64,000 bases of DNA. Source: Dehalococcoidia bacterium (GTDB lineage: Bacteria; Chloroflexota; Dehalococcoidia; DSTF01; JACRBR01). A program made the translations under genes and the position numbers. Of this stretch, positions 27,117 to 37,583 are shown one piece after another. Location: positions 39,565 to 103,564 of the forward strand of contig JBBRPY010000004.1 in the NCBI GenBank assembly GCA_038227375.1, written 5' to 3'. Under the pieces are notes generated by a model. It worked only from the letters and a program-made list of their open reading frames with translations, had not been told where the DNA came from and did no database searches. Positions within the stretch are counted from its first letter, which is position 1. Each line of letters begins with the position of its first letter.

Positions 27117-29090
27117 ATGTCAGCGACGCTGGCGTTTGCGCTCGCCACGAGCGAGATGGCGCTCGTCATAGTCCCGATCTTCGCCGTGTACCTGTACTAC
27201 CGCACGGGCCGCGAGCTGCTTGCTCAGGCAGCGGCGCCGGACTCCACGGATCCCGCCGCGCGGACGCACTACGAGGTGTTCGGTGTCGCTCCGGATGCGA
27301 ACGCGCGAGAGATCCGAGCTGCGCATCAGCGCCTGCTGGTTGCGAACGGTGCGGCGCTCGATCAGAACCTCCTGGCGGGCGCCGTGCGTACACTCTCCAG
27401 CCCTAGGCTGCGTCACGCCTACGACCGTCGGCTTGCGCGCGATCGCGCCGCCGCCGAGAGCGCAGCGCCGCCGCACGTTGGTTTGGGCACGCGCGTCCTG
27501 CTCTTCGCTGGCGCCGGCGCGATCGCCGCGCTCTGGCCCTTCGCCGGTAGCCTCCGCCGCAAGCTGCGACTCGTGCGGCTGCCGGATGCCGCATCGCCGC
27601 TCCTCGTCATCACGCTCCTGACCCTCCCCTTCTTCGGACCGCTCGTCGAGAAGCTGCCGTTCGTCGAAGACCGCGGGTTTGACGGCCAGTCGCCCGTGTA
27701 CACGCCCGGCAGCGCGCCCGTCGTGACGCCGGGAGGCGAGTTGCCGGTGATGCTGATCACGCTCGGCGTGCTCTTCGCCGCGGCGGCGGTCGTCGGCATC
27801 GCCTGGCGCTGGCACGTCTTCGTCATCTGCTGGGCGATGTTCTATGGCATCACGATCACGATGTTCACTGGCTTCTTCACGAATAGGGGCGGCGTCTGGA
27901 CCGGGCTCTGGGGCACGCTCGACTACTGGTGGCGGCCGGAAGCCAAACACGTCGATGGCCCGGCGTACTTCTACGCGATGACGCTGCCGGCGTACGAGAT
28001 CGTGCCGATCGCAGTGGCGGCTGCGGCGCTGGTCGCGCTGATGATCAGAAGCCCCTGGCGCGAGCGGGCGATTGTCGCCGCGGCTTGCCTGATGATCGCA
28101 GCGATCATTGGCGCGCCCGCATGGCTGCGGCCCGTCGCTGACCACCGGATGCTGCTGTTGCTGATCACCGGGGCGGGCGCGGTGCTGACTCTGCGTGTGC
28201 CGGATCTGACGAAGTTTCTGGCGTTCTGGGCGCTCGCCGCGTTCTTTGCGTTCAGCACTCTCGGCAGGAAGGACGCCGCTCTCGGCGTCCACATCGCGCT
28301 GCCGCTGGCGCTGCTGGCGGCAAAGCTCGTGGGCGACGCCGTGGCCTCGTTCGAGATGCCGCGCGTCGCGATGCCTGAGGCGAGCTGGCGGCGCCGGACG
28401 ATGCCGCGGGCGATCGCTCAGGGTGCGGTGCTTGCCGCATTCGGCGCCGCCGTTGTGTCTAGCGCGCGCTCCGGCGTCCTCGCGTCCTGGGGTCACGGGT
28501 CAGCGCCGCGGAACGTCGCCGCCCTCTCGACGGGCGATCATGGCGACGCACCGACCGAGCTGTTGCATCCGGACGACATCGCCCCTGACGTACAGGCAGT
28601 GCGCGCCGCAATCGCGCGGGCCGGCGCCGACTCGGGGCAGGGCGCCAACATCCCGATCGCGGTCGACACCTCGTACGACTTCGCGAAGGGATGGCTCTGG
28701 TACCTGCGTGACTATCCGAACCTGGCGATCGAGGACATGCGGCATGGGTACCAGGCGCCGCCTGGCGCCATCGTGCTCTTCGACAGCCGCAATCGCGCGA
28801 AGGTGCAGGTCTCGGACGCGTCGGTATCACTGGCCTTCGCGTCGAAGTGGAGCATCGGCGGCGGCGCCGAGCTGACGCGCGGAGAGGTTGCGTCGGACCT
28901 GACGAGCGGCGCTTGGTGGCGGCGCTGGTCGGGATACCTGCTCGATCACGAGGACGCCAGCACGCCCGAGGTGATGCAGGGCGTCGCATACTTCCCGGAC
29001 ACGCTGAGCGCGGCGCTCCCGCGCGGGCTCCAGTCTGAAGTGCTCGCGAGCAGCGTGCAGCCGCAACTGCAGGGCCCGCCGGCGCCGTAG
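27117..29090 (+). CDS. GT-C-type membrane protein, C-terminal fragment, with a J-domain-like cytoplasmic insert
   Basis: The frame is open back to 27072 (..ANSRLPARVYLYLMSATLAFALATSEMAL), matching the expected continuation of the upstream fragment. There are many TM segments. The insert reads HYEVFGVAPDANAREIRAAHQRLL...SPRLRHAYDRRL. Confidence 0.6.
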   Translation: MSATLAFALATSEMALVIVPIFAVYLYYRTGRELLAQAAAPDSTDPAARTHYEVFGVAPDANAREIRAAHQRLLVANGAALDQNLLAGAVRTLSSPRLRHAYDRRLARDRAAAESAAPPHVGLGTRVLLFAGAGAIAALWPFAGSLRRKLRLVRLPDAASPLLVITLLTLPFFGPLVEKLPFVEDRGFDGQSPVYTPGSAPVVTPGGELPVMLITLGVLFAAAAVVGIAWRWHVFVICWAMFYGITITMFTGFFTNRGGVWTGLWGTLDYWWRPEAKHVDGPAYFYAMTLPAYEIVPIAVAAAALVALMIRSPWRERAIVAAACLMIAAIIGAPAWLRPVADHRMLLLLITGAGAVLTLRVPDLTKFLAFWALAAFFAFSTLGRKDAALGVHIALPLALLAAKLVGDAVASFEMPRVAMPEASWRRRTMPRAIAQGAVLAAFGAAVVSSARSGVLASWGHGSAPRNVAALSTGDHGDAPTELLHPDDIAPDVQAVRAAIARAGADSGQGANIPIAVDTSYDFAKGWLWYLRDYPNLAIEDMRHGYQAPPGAIVLFDSRNRAKVQVSDASVSLAFASKWSIGGGAELTRGEVASDLTSGAWWRRWSGYLLDHEDASTPEVMQGVAYFPDTLSAALPRGLQSEVLASSVQPQLQGPPAP

Positions 29091-29098
29091 CTTGGGGG

Positions 29099-29146
29099 CT
29101 CATCCCGGCCTTCGGCTACCCTTCTCCCACAGGGGAGAAGGGATCG
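29099..29146 (+). repeat. dispersed hairpin element, copy 3
   Basis: CTCATCCCGGCCTTCGGCTACCCTTCTCCCACAGGGGAGAAGGGATCG, starting 9 nt after the stop at 29090. Confidence 0.85.
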
Positions 29147-29178
29147 AGTGCAGCAGCGCGGCGATCCGGAAGTCAAGG

Positions 29179-30384
29179 CTATGGCCGATGCAATCGATAG
29201 CGGCCGGTGGCCGCGGCGCAGGTGCGCACGGCGTCGGCGAGTGCGGTCGCGCGGCCGGTGCCGAAGAAGTCGACGTTGAGCGCGTTCAGCACGAGGCCGA
29301 ACGACATCTCACGCTCGGGGTCCGCGAAGCCGACCGATCCGCCGAAGCCGGGGTGCCCGAACGCCGTCGTCCGCGGACCGAAGGACCAGCCGGCAAGCCC
29401 GCCCGTCATGTAGCCGAGCGCCCAGCCGACCGGGATCACCAGCACGAGGTCGGGACGCAGCGTCTGCTGCGCCGACAGCGCCCGCACCGTCTGCTCCCGC
29501 ATCAGCCGGGTGCCGTCCAGCTCGCCGTATCCGGCGAGGCAGGCATACATGCGCGCGAGGTCGCGGGCGCTCATTGTTCCGTTCACGGCGGGGATCTCCG
29601 CGCGGCGGCCCGCAGGCGAGTTGAGCAGGTCGTTCTGGTTCCCGACGACGCCGAACCCGAGCGCCCGTCCGGGGATCGAGTCGACGACGCCGAGCGCCGT
29701 GCGCGCCTGTTCCATCTCCGGTGTGATCTCGATCGTGGATGTGAGCGTAGCGACATCGCCGTCGAGTGACTCAGGTGTGCCGATGTGCAACTGCGTGATG
29801 CCCAGCGGTGAGGCGACCTCCTCCTGAAAGAACCTGCCGAGCGAGCGCCCGTCGATGCGCCGCACGACCTCGCCGACGAGGAAACCGAAGGTGAGCGCGT
29901 GATACCCAGTCGCCGTGCCCGGGGCCCAGGCCGGGGCCATCGCCTCGAGCCCGTGAATCATCCGCTCCCAGTCGCAGAGTTCATCGACCGTGCTCATGCC
30001 CGGCGGCAGCGGCGCCATGCCGGCCTGATGCGTCAGCAGGTGATAAATCGTGATGCCGGATTTTCCGTTCGCGGCAAACTCCGGCCAGTACTTCGCGACC
30101 GGACCGTCGTACGCAGCGAGTCCGCGGTCGACAAGCAGGTGCATGCAGGTCGCCGTCAGGCCCTTGGTGGTCGAATACGCGACGGCGATCGTGTTCTCGC
30201 GCCAGGGTTCATTCGTCGCAGCGTCGGCGAGCCCACCCCAGAGGTCGACGACCTTGCGTCCGCGGTGATAGGCCGCGACGCCAGCGCCGATGTGCATCCT
30301 GGAGGCAAACTGCTGCTCCAGCACCGCTCGCACCGGCTCGTAGCCTGGTTCGACGCTGCCCTGCACCACACCCATCAAGTCCAC
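29179..30384 (-). CDS. serine hydrolase (beta-lactamase/esterase EstB-like family)
   Basis: S-x-x-K motif in AYSTTKGLTATCMHLL; 401 aa. Confidence 0.8.
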   Translation of the reverse strand: MDLMGVVQGSVEPGYEPVRAVLEQQFASRMHIGAGVAAYHRGRKVVDLWGGLADAATNEPWRENTIAVAYSTTKGLTATCMHLLVDRGLAAYDGPVAKYWPEFAANGKSGITIYHLLTHQAGMAPLPPGMSTVDELCDWERMIHGLEAMAPAWAPGTATGYHALTFGFLVGEVVRRIDGRSLGRFFQEEVASPLGITQLHIGTPESLDGDVATLTSTIEITPEMEQARTALGVVDSIPGRALGFGVVGNQNDLLNSPAGRRAEIPAVNGTMSARDLARMYACLAGYGELDGTRLMREQTVRALSAQQTLRPDLVLVIPVGWALGYMTGGLAGWSFGPRTTAFGHPGFGGSVGFADPEREMSFGLVLNALNVDFFGTGRATALADAVRTCAAATGRYRLHRP

Positions 30385-30551
30385 CCTTAGCTGATGCGGG
30401 CGGCATGCCCACTACGGTTCCCGCGACGGCGATTTCGTGGAAATACGATGATCATTGTCCGCGACGGAGGCGGCGAGTGGAAGCGCGAGACGGATGCTAT
30501 CGATGGTGGCTCGATGCGGGACGCGCGCGTCGTTGTGGAGACGCCGCCGGC

Positions 30552-32636
<2,085 letters not shown>

Positions 32637-32788
32637 GCGGTTCCAGTGCGCTGGTGGTGGTGTGGGTGCCTTCAGGATAGCAATTCCTGATCCCGCACCA
32701 GCCTCACCCGGCCTCACCCCCGGCCCCTCTCCACGGCGTGGAGAGCGGAGGTTGGCGGCGCGGTCTTTCGATGAGCGAGTGCGCTCCG

Positions 32789-33526
32789 CTACCGCCGGCG
32801 GATCGCAACCGGCACGACGCCGAACGTGCCGACGCCGACGAGCGCCAGCAGCAGGCTCAACCAGCCGAACCGCGGGCGGCCGGATGGAGCGGGCCCAGTC
32901 CCCGTCCCGGGTAGCTCGCGCGCCGCGCCCGTGCCTGCCGCCGGCCGAATCGGCGGACCAACGACGGCGGCGGTCGGCTCGCGCCCGGTCGTGATCGTCG
33001 GCTGGACCACGCCCGTGGTCACGGCGACGGGAGTGCTCGTCGCGGCAACGGCGGTCACGCTGCCGGTCGCCGTCCGTGTCGGGGCCACCGAGGCGGTCGC
33101 CGTGGGGCTCGCCGCCGCTGTGCTGCTCGCGGCGGCGGTGTTGGTCGGGGCAGCCGCGGCCTGCACGGTGATTGTGCCCGTCATTTGGGTCGGGTGGACC
33201 TCGCAGTGGAAGGGAAAGACGCCGGCCGCATCGAACGTGTGCGAATACGTCCCAGTCGCCTGCTGAGGGCTGCCGAGCGTCGTGCCGGTATCCGAGGTGA
33301 CCGTGTGTGGCGTGCTGTTCGGCGCGGCGGGCCAGTCCCATTGCACGGTATCGCCGGCGTTTACCGTGATCGTCGTCGGCATATAGAAGTTGTTGCCCAT
33401 CGTGATGTGTTGGGTGGCTGCCGCGGCGTGTGCGGGCGACGCCGGCGCCAGCGAAATCGCCGCCGATGCTAGCAGCAGTCCGCTGCCAATTGCCGCGATC
33501 ACGATGATGTTTCGCTTCGTGCGCAT
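32789..33526 (-). CDS. cupredoxin (plastocyanin/azurin-like type-1 copper protein) with C-terminal LPXTG sorting signal
   Basis: Signal peptide, then copper ligands in [10 protein letters not shown] and [14 protein letters not shown], then an Ala/Thr-rich linker. The C-terminus has ELPGTG, the hydrophobic segment [23 protein letters not shown] and RRR. Confidence 0.8.
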   Translation of the reverse strand: MRTKRNIIVIAAIGSGLLLASAAISLAPASPAHAAAATQHITMGNNFYMPTTITVNAGDTVQWDWPAAPNSTPHTVTSDTGTTLGSPQQATGTYSHTFDAAGVFPFHCEVHPTQMTGTITVQAAAAPTNTAAASSTAAASPTATASVAPTRTATGSVTAVAATSTPVAVTTGVVQPTITTGREPTAAVVGPPIRPAAGTGAARELPGTGTGPAPSGRPRFGWLSLLLALVGVGTFGVVPVAIRRR

Positions 33527-33658
33527 GGGTTCCTCCTACGGTGTCCATCGGTGATGCAACAGAGGTTACGCAAACACATACGAGCGGGCGCGCGCGCCGG
33601 ATTGTCGCCCCAGCAAGGCCGCCGATACAATTGCCCGGCGCGAAGCCGAGGAGGGTCG

Positions 33659-34528
33659 ATGCGGGTACGGAAGGCGGTGGTGCTGGCAGCCGGCTACGGC
33701 ACGCGGCTGCTTCCCGCGACGAAAGCGCAGCCGAAGGAGTCGCTTCCCCTCGTCGACAAGCCGATCATCCAGTACACGGTGGAGGAGGCGGCGGCGGCGG
33801 GCCTGACGCAGGTGATCATCGTCACCGCGGCGAGCAAGCGCGCCGTCGAGGACCACTTCGACCGCTCGCTCGAACTCGAGATGACGCTACGCGAGAAGGG
33901 CGACCTGACGCGGCTGGCGGAGATCCAGAAGATTAGCGACCTGGCGGACATTATGTACATCCGGCAGACCGAACAGAAGGGCATCGGCCACGCCGTGCTG
34001 CAGGCGAAGAGCGCCATCGGCAACGAGCCCTTCGCGCTGCTCTTCCCGGACGACGTGCTCGTCGCCGATGTGCCCGTGACGAAGCAGATGGTCGATGTGT
34101 TCGAGGCCCGCGGCGGCTCGGTGATCGCCGTGCAATCGATCCCGGACGACGAAGTGGAGAGCTACGGCATCGTCGGCGGCACGGACGTCGGCGGAAACGT
34201 CACGCGGGTGGATGCGCTCGTCGAGAAGCCCAGCCTGAAGGACGCGCCCTCGCGCCTCGGCATCGTCGGGCGCTATGTCCTGACGCCGGAGATCTTCGAT
34301 GTGCTGGAGCATACGGCCCCCGGCAAGGGCCGCGAAGTGCAGCTCACCGATGGGCTCGCGAGCCTGATGGCCACCCAGCCGGTGTTCGCCTACCAGTTCG
34401 CGGGCCGCCGCTACGACACCGGCCGGCCGCTCGGCCTGCTGACAGCGTCGATCGAGATCGGGCTCGCCCGCGACGACATTGGGCCGGGGCTGCGGCAGTT
34501 CCTCCGGACCCTCTCGCTGGAAGACTAG
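33659..34528 (+). CDS. galU: UTP-glucose-1-phosphate uridylyltransferase
   Basis: [44 protein letters not shown]...; GAGGAGGG lies upstream of ATG 33659. Confidence 0.92.
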   Translation: MRVRKAVVLAAGYGTRLLPATKAQPKESLPLVDKPIIQYTVEEAAAAGLTQVIIVTAASKRAVEDHFDRSLELEMTLREKGDLTRLAEIQKISDLADIMYIRQTEQKGIGHAVLQAKSAIGNEPFALLFPDDVLVADVPVTKQMVDVFEARGGSVIAVQSIPDDEVESYGIVGGTDVGGNVTRVDALVEKPSLKDAPSRLGIVGRYVLTPEIFDVLEHTAPGKGREVQLTDGLASLMATQPVFAYQFAGRRYDTGRPLGLLTASIEIGLARDDIGPGLRQFLRTLSLED

Positions 34529-34530
34529 CG

Positions 34531-35844
34531 ATGGCCGCCGGCAAGGTGATCGGCCGCATTCTCTCCCTCGGCTATCCGCTGCCCGGACCGCAAGTCGACA
34601 ACTACAGCTTCCTCAGCGCGCCGTCGTTCTTCGACTACGACGCGCTCGTCGTGGACCCGCGAGCGCTGTCGCTGCTCATTGAAGGCGTCGTCTCGGGCAC
34701 GGCGGAAGCAGCCACCTTTACGGATCTGCCCGTGCGGAATGCAGAGCCATCGGCCGAGGCGGCCGCGCTCTCGGACGTGCTGCTCCGACGGCGGGCCGAG
34801 ACAGCTCGGCTGCTGGCGAACGGCGGGGAGATCGTCTGCTTCGCGCATCCGGCCGCGCGTCACGAAGGCGTGGTGGGTGTGGAGCTGCTGGACGACTACT
34901 ACTGGCTCCCCGACGACCTGCGCAACGCCTGCCGTCCGCCGGCCCTGCTCGAAGGCGGAGGCACGCGCGGGAACGTCGTCGACTACCAGCACCCTCTCGC
35001 CTCGTTCGTCATCGGACAGCTCGCCAACATCACCTACCGTGCCTACTTCGACGAAGACCACCTCTCCGGCGCGCACGTGTTCGCGCGCAGCGGGGGCGGC
35101 GCCGCCATCGGTGTCGACATAGGCGGCGACGGCGGCGCCGTGATCATGCTGCCCGCCATGCGGCCGGCCGCTGGCGAGGCACGGTACGCGATGTCGGACG
35201 CCCTGCAGGCGGGCATTCGACATGCGCTGGGCGTGACCGCCGCGGGACGGGCGCCGCGCTGGCTCGCTTCGTATCCGCTCTCGGGGCTTGAAGAACGCGC
35301 GTCCGGCGTCGAGAGTGCTCGGGCCGCGCTCAGCGAAGCGCAGGCGCGCATGGACGAAGCCGGAGCCGCGCTAGACGAAGTCGAGCGGTACCAGCGCCTG
35401 TTGTGGCAAGAAGGCGCTGTGGGGCTGAACGAAATCGTCGTGGATGCGCTGCGGCTGATCGGGTTCGATGTCTACGCGCAGGACGCGAACGCGGTCGAGC
35501 TGCGCAGCGGCGACACGGCGATCTACGTCGAGATCGAAGCGAGCGAGCACCCGATCGACCTGGCCCCGCACTACCGGCTGCGACAGCGCATCGAGCAGGC
35601 GATCGAGCGGCGCGGCGTGGCGCCGCGCGGGCTCCTGATCGTGAACGGATGCCGGTTGCTGCCACCGTCGGAGCGGCAACACGAGGTGAGCAACGCGCTG
35701 CGCCTGGCGGCGGAGACGATGCGCTACGCCATCACACCGGCATCAATGCTCTTTGCCGCCGTGGCGGCAACACTTGCGGGCGACGCCGCGCCGGCGGAGG
35801 CCTACCGCTGCCGCATCGCGAGCGAAGACGGCCTGCTGGCTTAG
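34531..35844 (+). CDS. hypothetical protein (N-terminal alpha/beta-like domain, central coiled coil, C-terminal region with weak restriction-endonuclease-like pattern)
   Basis: 437-aa ORF whose ATG lies 2 nt after the galU stop. I recognise no family. The C-terminal pattern is LLWQEGAVGLNEIVVDALRLIGFDVYAQD...TAIYVEIEAS...RGLLIVNG. Confidence 0.6.
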   Translation: MAAGKVIGRILSLGYPLPGPQVDNYSFLSAPSFFDYDALVVDPRALSLLIEGVVSGTAEAATFTDLPVRNAEPSAEAAALSDVLLRRRAETARLLANGGEIVCFAHPAARHEGVVGVELLDDYYWLPDDLRNACRPPALLEGGGTRGNVVDYQHPLASFVIGQLANITYRAYFDEDHLSGAHVFARSGGGAAIGVDIGGDGGAVIMLPAMRPAAGEARYAMSDALQAGIRHALGVTAAGRAPRWLASYPLSGLEERASGVESARAALSEAQARMDEAGAALDEVERYQRLLWQEGAVGLNEIVVDALRLIGFDVYAQDANAVELRSGDTAIYVEIEASEHPIDLAPHYRLRQRIEQAIERRGVAPRGLLIVNGCRLLPPSERQHEVSNALRLAAETMRYAITPASMLFAAVAATLAGDAAPAEAYRCRIASEDGLLA

Positions 35845-35947
35845 CCGAGCTGCCGTCGCTGCTTGATCTCCGGTACGTCCGGCGGCATGCTCTCCCCACG
35901 TTGCCAGTGCAGTACGGCAGCGCAAAACGGGCGGAAGGTTGTGTTGT

Positions 35948-36730
35948 ATGTCCTCCAAGTGGGCACTGATCCTCGGCGCATCGAGCGGATTCGGCGCCGC
36001 TACCTCGATCGAGCTCGCGCGCGCCGGCTATGGCATCTTCGGCGTGCACTTCGACCTGCGATCGACGCTCCCGAACGCTGTCCGTGTGCAGGACGAAGTG
36101 AAGGCGGCGGGCCAGGAGGCGATCTTCTTCAACATCAACGCCGCCGATCCGGACAAGCGCGCGGCCGCGCTCGACAGCATAAGCGAGAAGCTCGACGCGG
36201 GATACGTCCACGTCCTGATGCATTCCCTCGCGTTCGGGACGCTGCTCCCGTTCGTCGCCGACGACCCGAAGGGACGGATCAGCCAGAAGCAGATGGACAT
36301 GACGCTCGACGTGATGGCTCACAGCCTCGTCTACTGGGCTCAGGACATGGCGACGCGCAAGCTCTTGGGCCAGAACAGCCGCATCTACGCGATGACCAGC
36401 TCCGGCTCGACGCGGGTGATCGCGACCTACGGCGCGGTGTCGGCGGCGAAGGCGGCGCTCGAATCGCACATCCGGCAGCTCGCGTTCGAGCTGGCGCCGA
36501 TGGGCGTCACGGCGAACGCCATCCGCGCCGGCGTCACGGACACGCCCGCCCTTCGCCGTATCCCAGGCGGCCCGGAACTGCACCAGCGGGCGATGGAGCG
36601 CAACCCGAGCGGCCGCTCGACCCGTCCGGAAGATGTAGCGAAGGCGATCACCGTCCTCTCGGACGAGCGGACCTACTGGATGACGGGGAACGTCATCGGC
36701 ATCGATGGCGGCGAAGAGCTGAGCGCATAG
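35948..36730 (+). CDS. SDR family oxidoreductase (enoyl-ACP-reductase-like)
   Basis: Contains ALILGASSGFGAATSIELARAG and YGAVSAAKAALESHIRQLAFELAP. GGAAGG lies 9 nt upstream of ATG 35948. Confidence 0.75.
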   Translation: MSSKWALILGASSGFGAATSIELARAGYGIFGVHFDLRSTLPNAVRVQDEVKAAGQEAIFFNINAADPDKRAAALDSISEKLDAGYVHVLMHSLAFGTLLPFVADDPKGRISQKQMDMTLDVMAHSLVYWAQDMATRKLLGQNSRIYAMTSSGSTRVIATYGAVSAAKAALESHIRQLAFELAPMGVTANAIRAGVTDTPALRRIPGGPELHQRAMERNPSGRSTRPEDVAKAITVLSDERTYWMTGNVIGIDGGEELSA

Positions 36731-36859
36731 ACCGCGGCCGGCGCGGTACCGACGCGGCCGCGCCATTGCACTCGAACGAGGCAGTTTCGCTCCCTTCCTC
36801 TCTGCATTTCGGTCTCCGCGGGCCGATGATCTCCTTGTACGGACCAGCAGATCGTCCGT

Positions 36860-37573
36860 GTGATGGAGCGTCGGCATATGTACGCGCAGCGGGGCGAACG
36901 CGGCGAGAGCATCCTCGAACTGGTCGGCTATCTGGCGCTTGGCGGCACGCTGGTGCTCGTTGCGGTGTACTTCTTCGTGTACGCGAAGGACCGCAAGCTC
37001 AACGCGCAGGAGCAGGCGTACGTGATCGCCGTCTCGACACAGCGCGCGGATGCCTACATCCGGGCGATCGCGACGCAGCAGGCGGAAGCGCCGCCGCCTG
37101 CGGCCGCCGTGGAGCCGCCGGCAACCCGCGGGGCTGAGGCGCCAGTGGCGGCCGTCCGGTACGCGGCGCCGCCGCCACCAGCGTCACCACCGCCGCTCGC
37201 ACCCGTCGCCGTACCGGCAACGGCCGTGCCGTATGTGCCACCGGCGCCGTATGTGCCACCGCCGCCACCACCACCGCCACCGCCACCCCGCACGAAGCCG
37301 CCGATGGCGACGTGCGTGGGCTTTCTCGTCGGATTGACCTCCGACGGCGCCGCCGCCTGCCAGCAGCTCGCCGGCGATGCCAGACTGGATGTCCGGGTGC
37401 GCAACTGCCTGGGCGACCTGATCGCCGGCAACGGCACGACGCCCGCCGGAAAGGCCGATTGTCTGAACGCGGCATTCGTGTACTCGGACCTGCTCAGCGA
37501 CTGCTTCCTCGGGCTGTCGGATCAGTCGCTGTTCGGCCGCACCGCCTGCCGCGGCTACTACGGCAGCCAGTAA
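36860..37573 (+). CDS. hypothetical membrane-anchored protein with poly-proline tract and Cys-rich C-terminal domain
   Basis: TM segment ILELVGYLALGGTLVLVAVYFFVY, then [22 protein letters not shown], then a C-terminal 90 aa with 6 Cys. Confidence 0.5.
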   Translation: MMERRHMYAQRGERGESILELVGYLALGGTLVLVAVYFFVYAKDRKLNAQEQAYVIAVSTQRADAYIRAIATQQAEAPPPAAAVEPPATRGAEAPVAAVRYAAPPPPASPPPLAPVAVPATAVPYVPPAPYVPPPPPPPPPPPRTKPPMATCVGFLVGLTSDGAAACQQLAGDARLDVRVRNCLGDLIAGNGTTPAGKADCLNAAFVYSDLLSDCFLGLSDQSLFGRTACRGYYGSQ

Positions 37574-37583
37574 CGCAATCCCG

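Noticed and set aside
27120-28496. 458-aa minus-strand ORF
   Set aside because: It is antisense to the polytopic membrane protein gene. Its Arg/Asp/Glu-rich composition shows no hydrophobic or catalytic pattern.
32637-33548. 304-aa N-terminal extension of the uvrB ORF (track ORF 30552-33548)
   Set aside because: The extension is Arg/Asp/His-rich junk overlapping the cupredoxin gene in another frame. Canonical UvrB begins at MPEFKL (ATG 32636).
35732-36877. 381-aa minus-strand ORF
   Set aside because: It is antisense to the SDR gene at 35948-36730 and has shadow-ORF composition. The same reasoning applies to 37632-38771 (+), 54557-55816 (-), 59360-60487 (-), 63146-63985 (-), 10300-11406 (+), 14184-15380 (+), 16871-17899 (+) and 31707-32690 (+).
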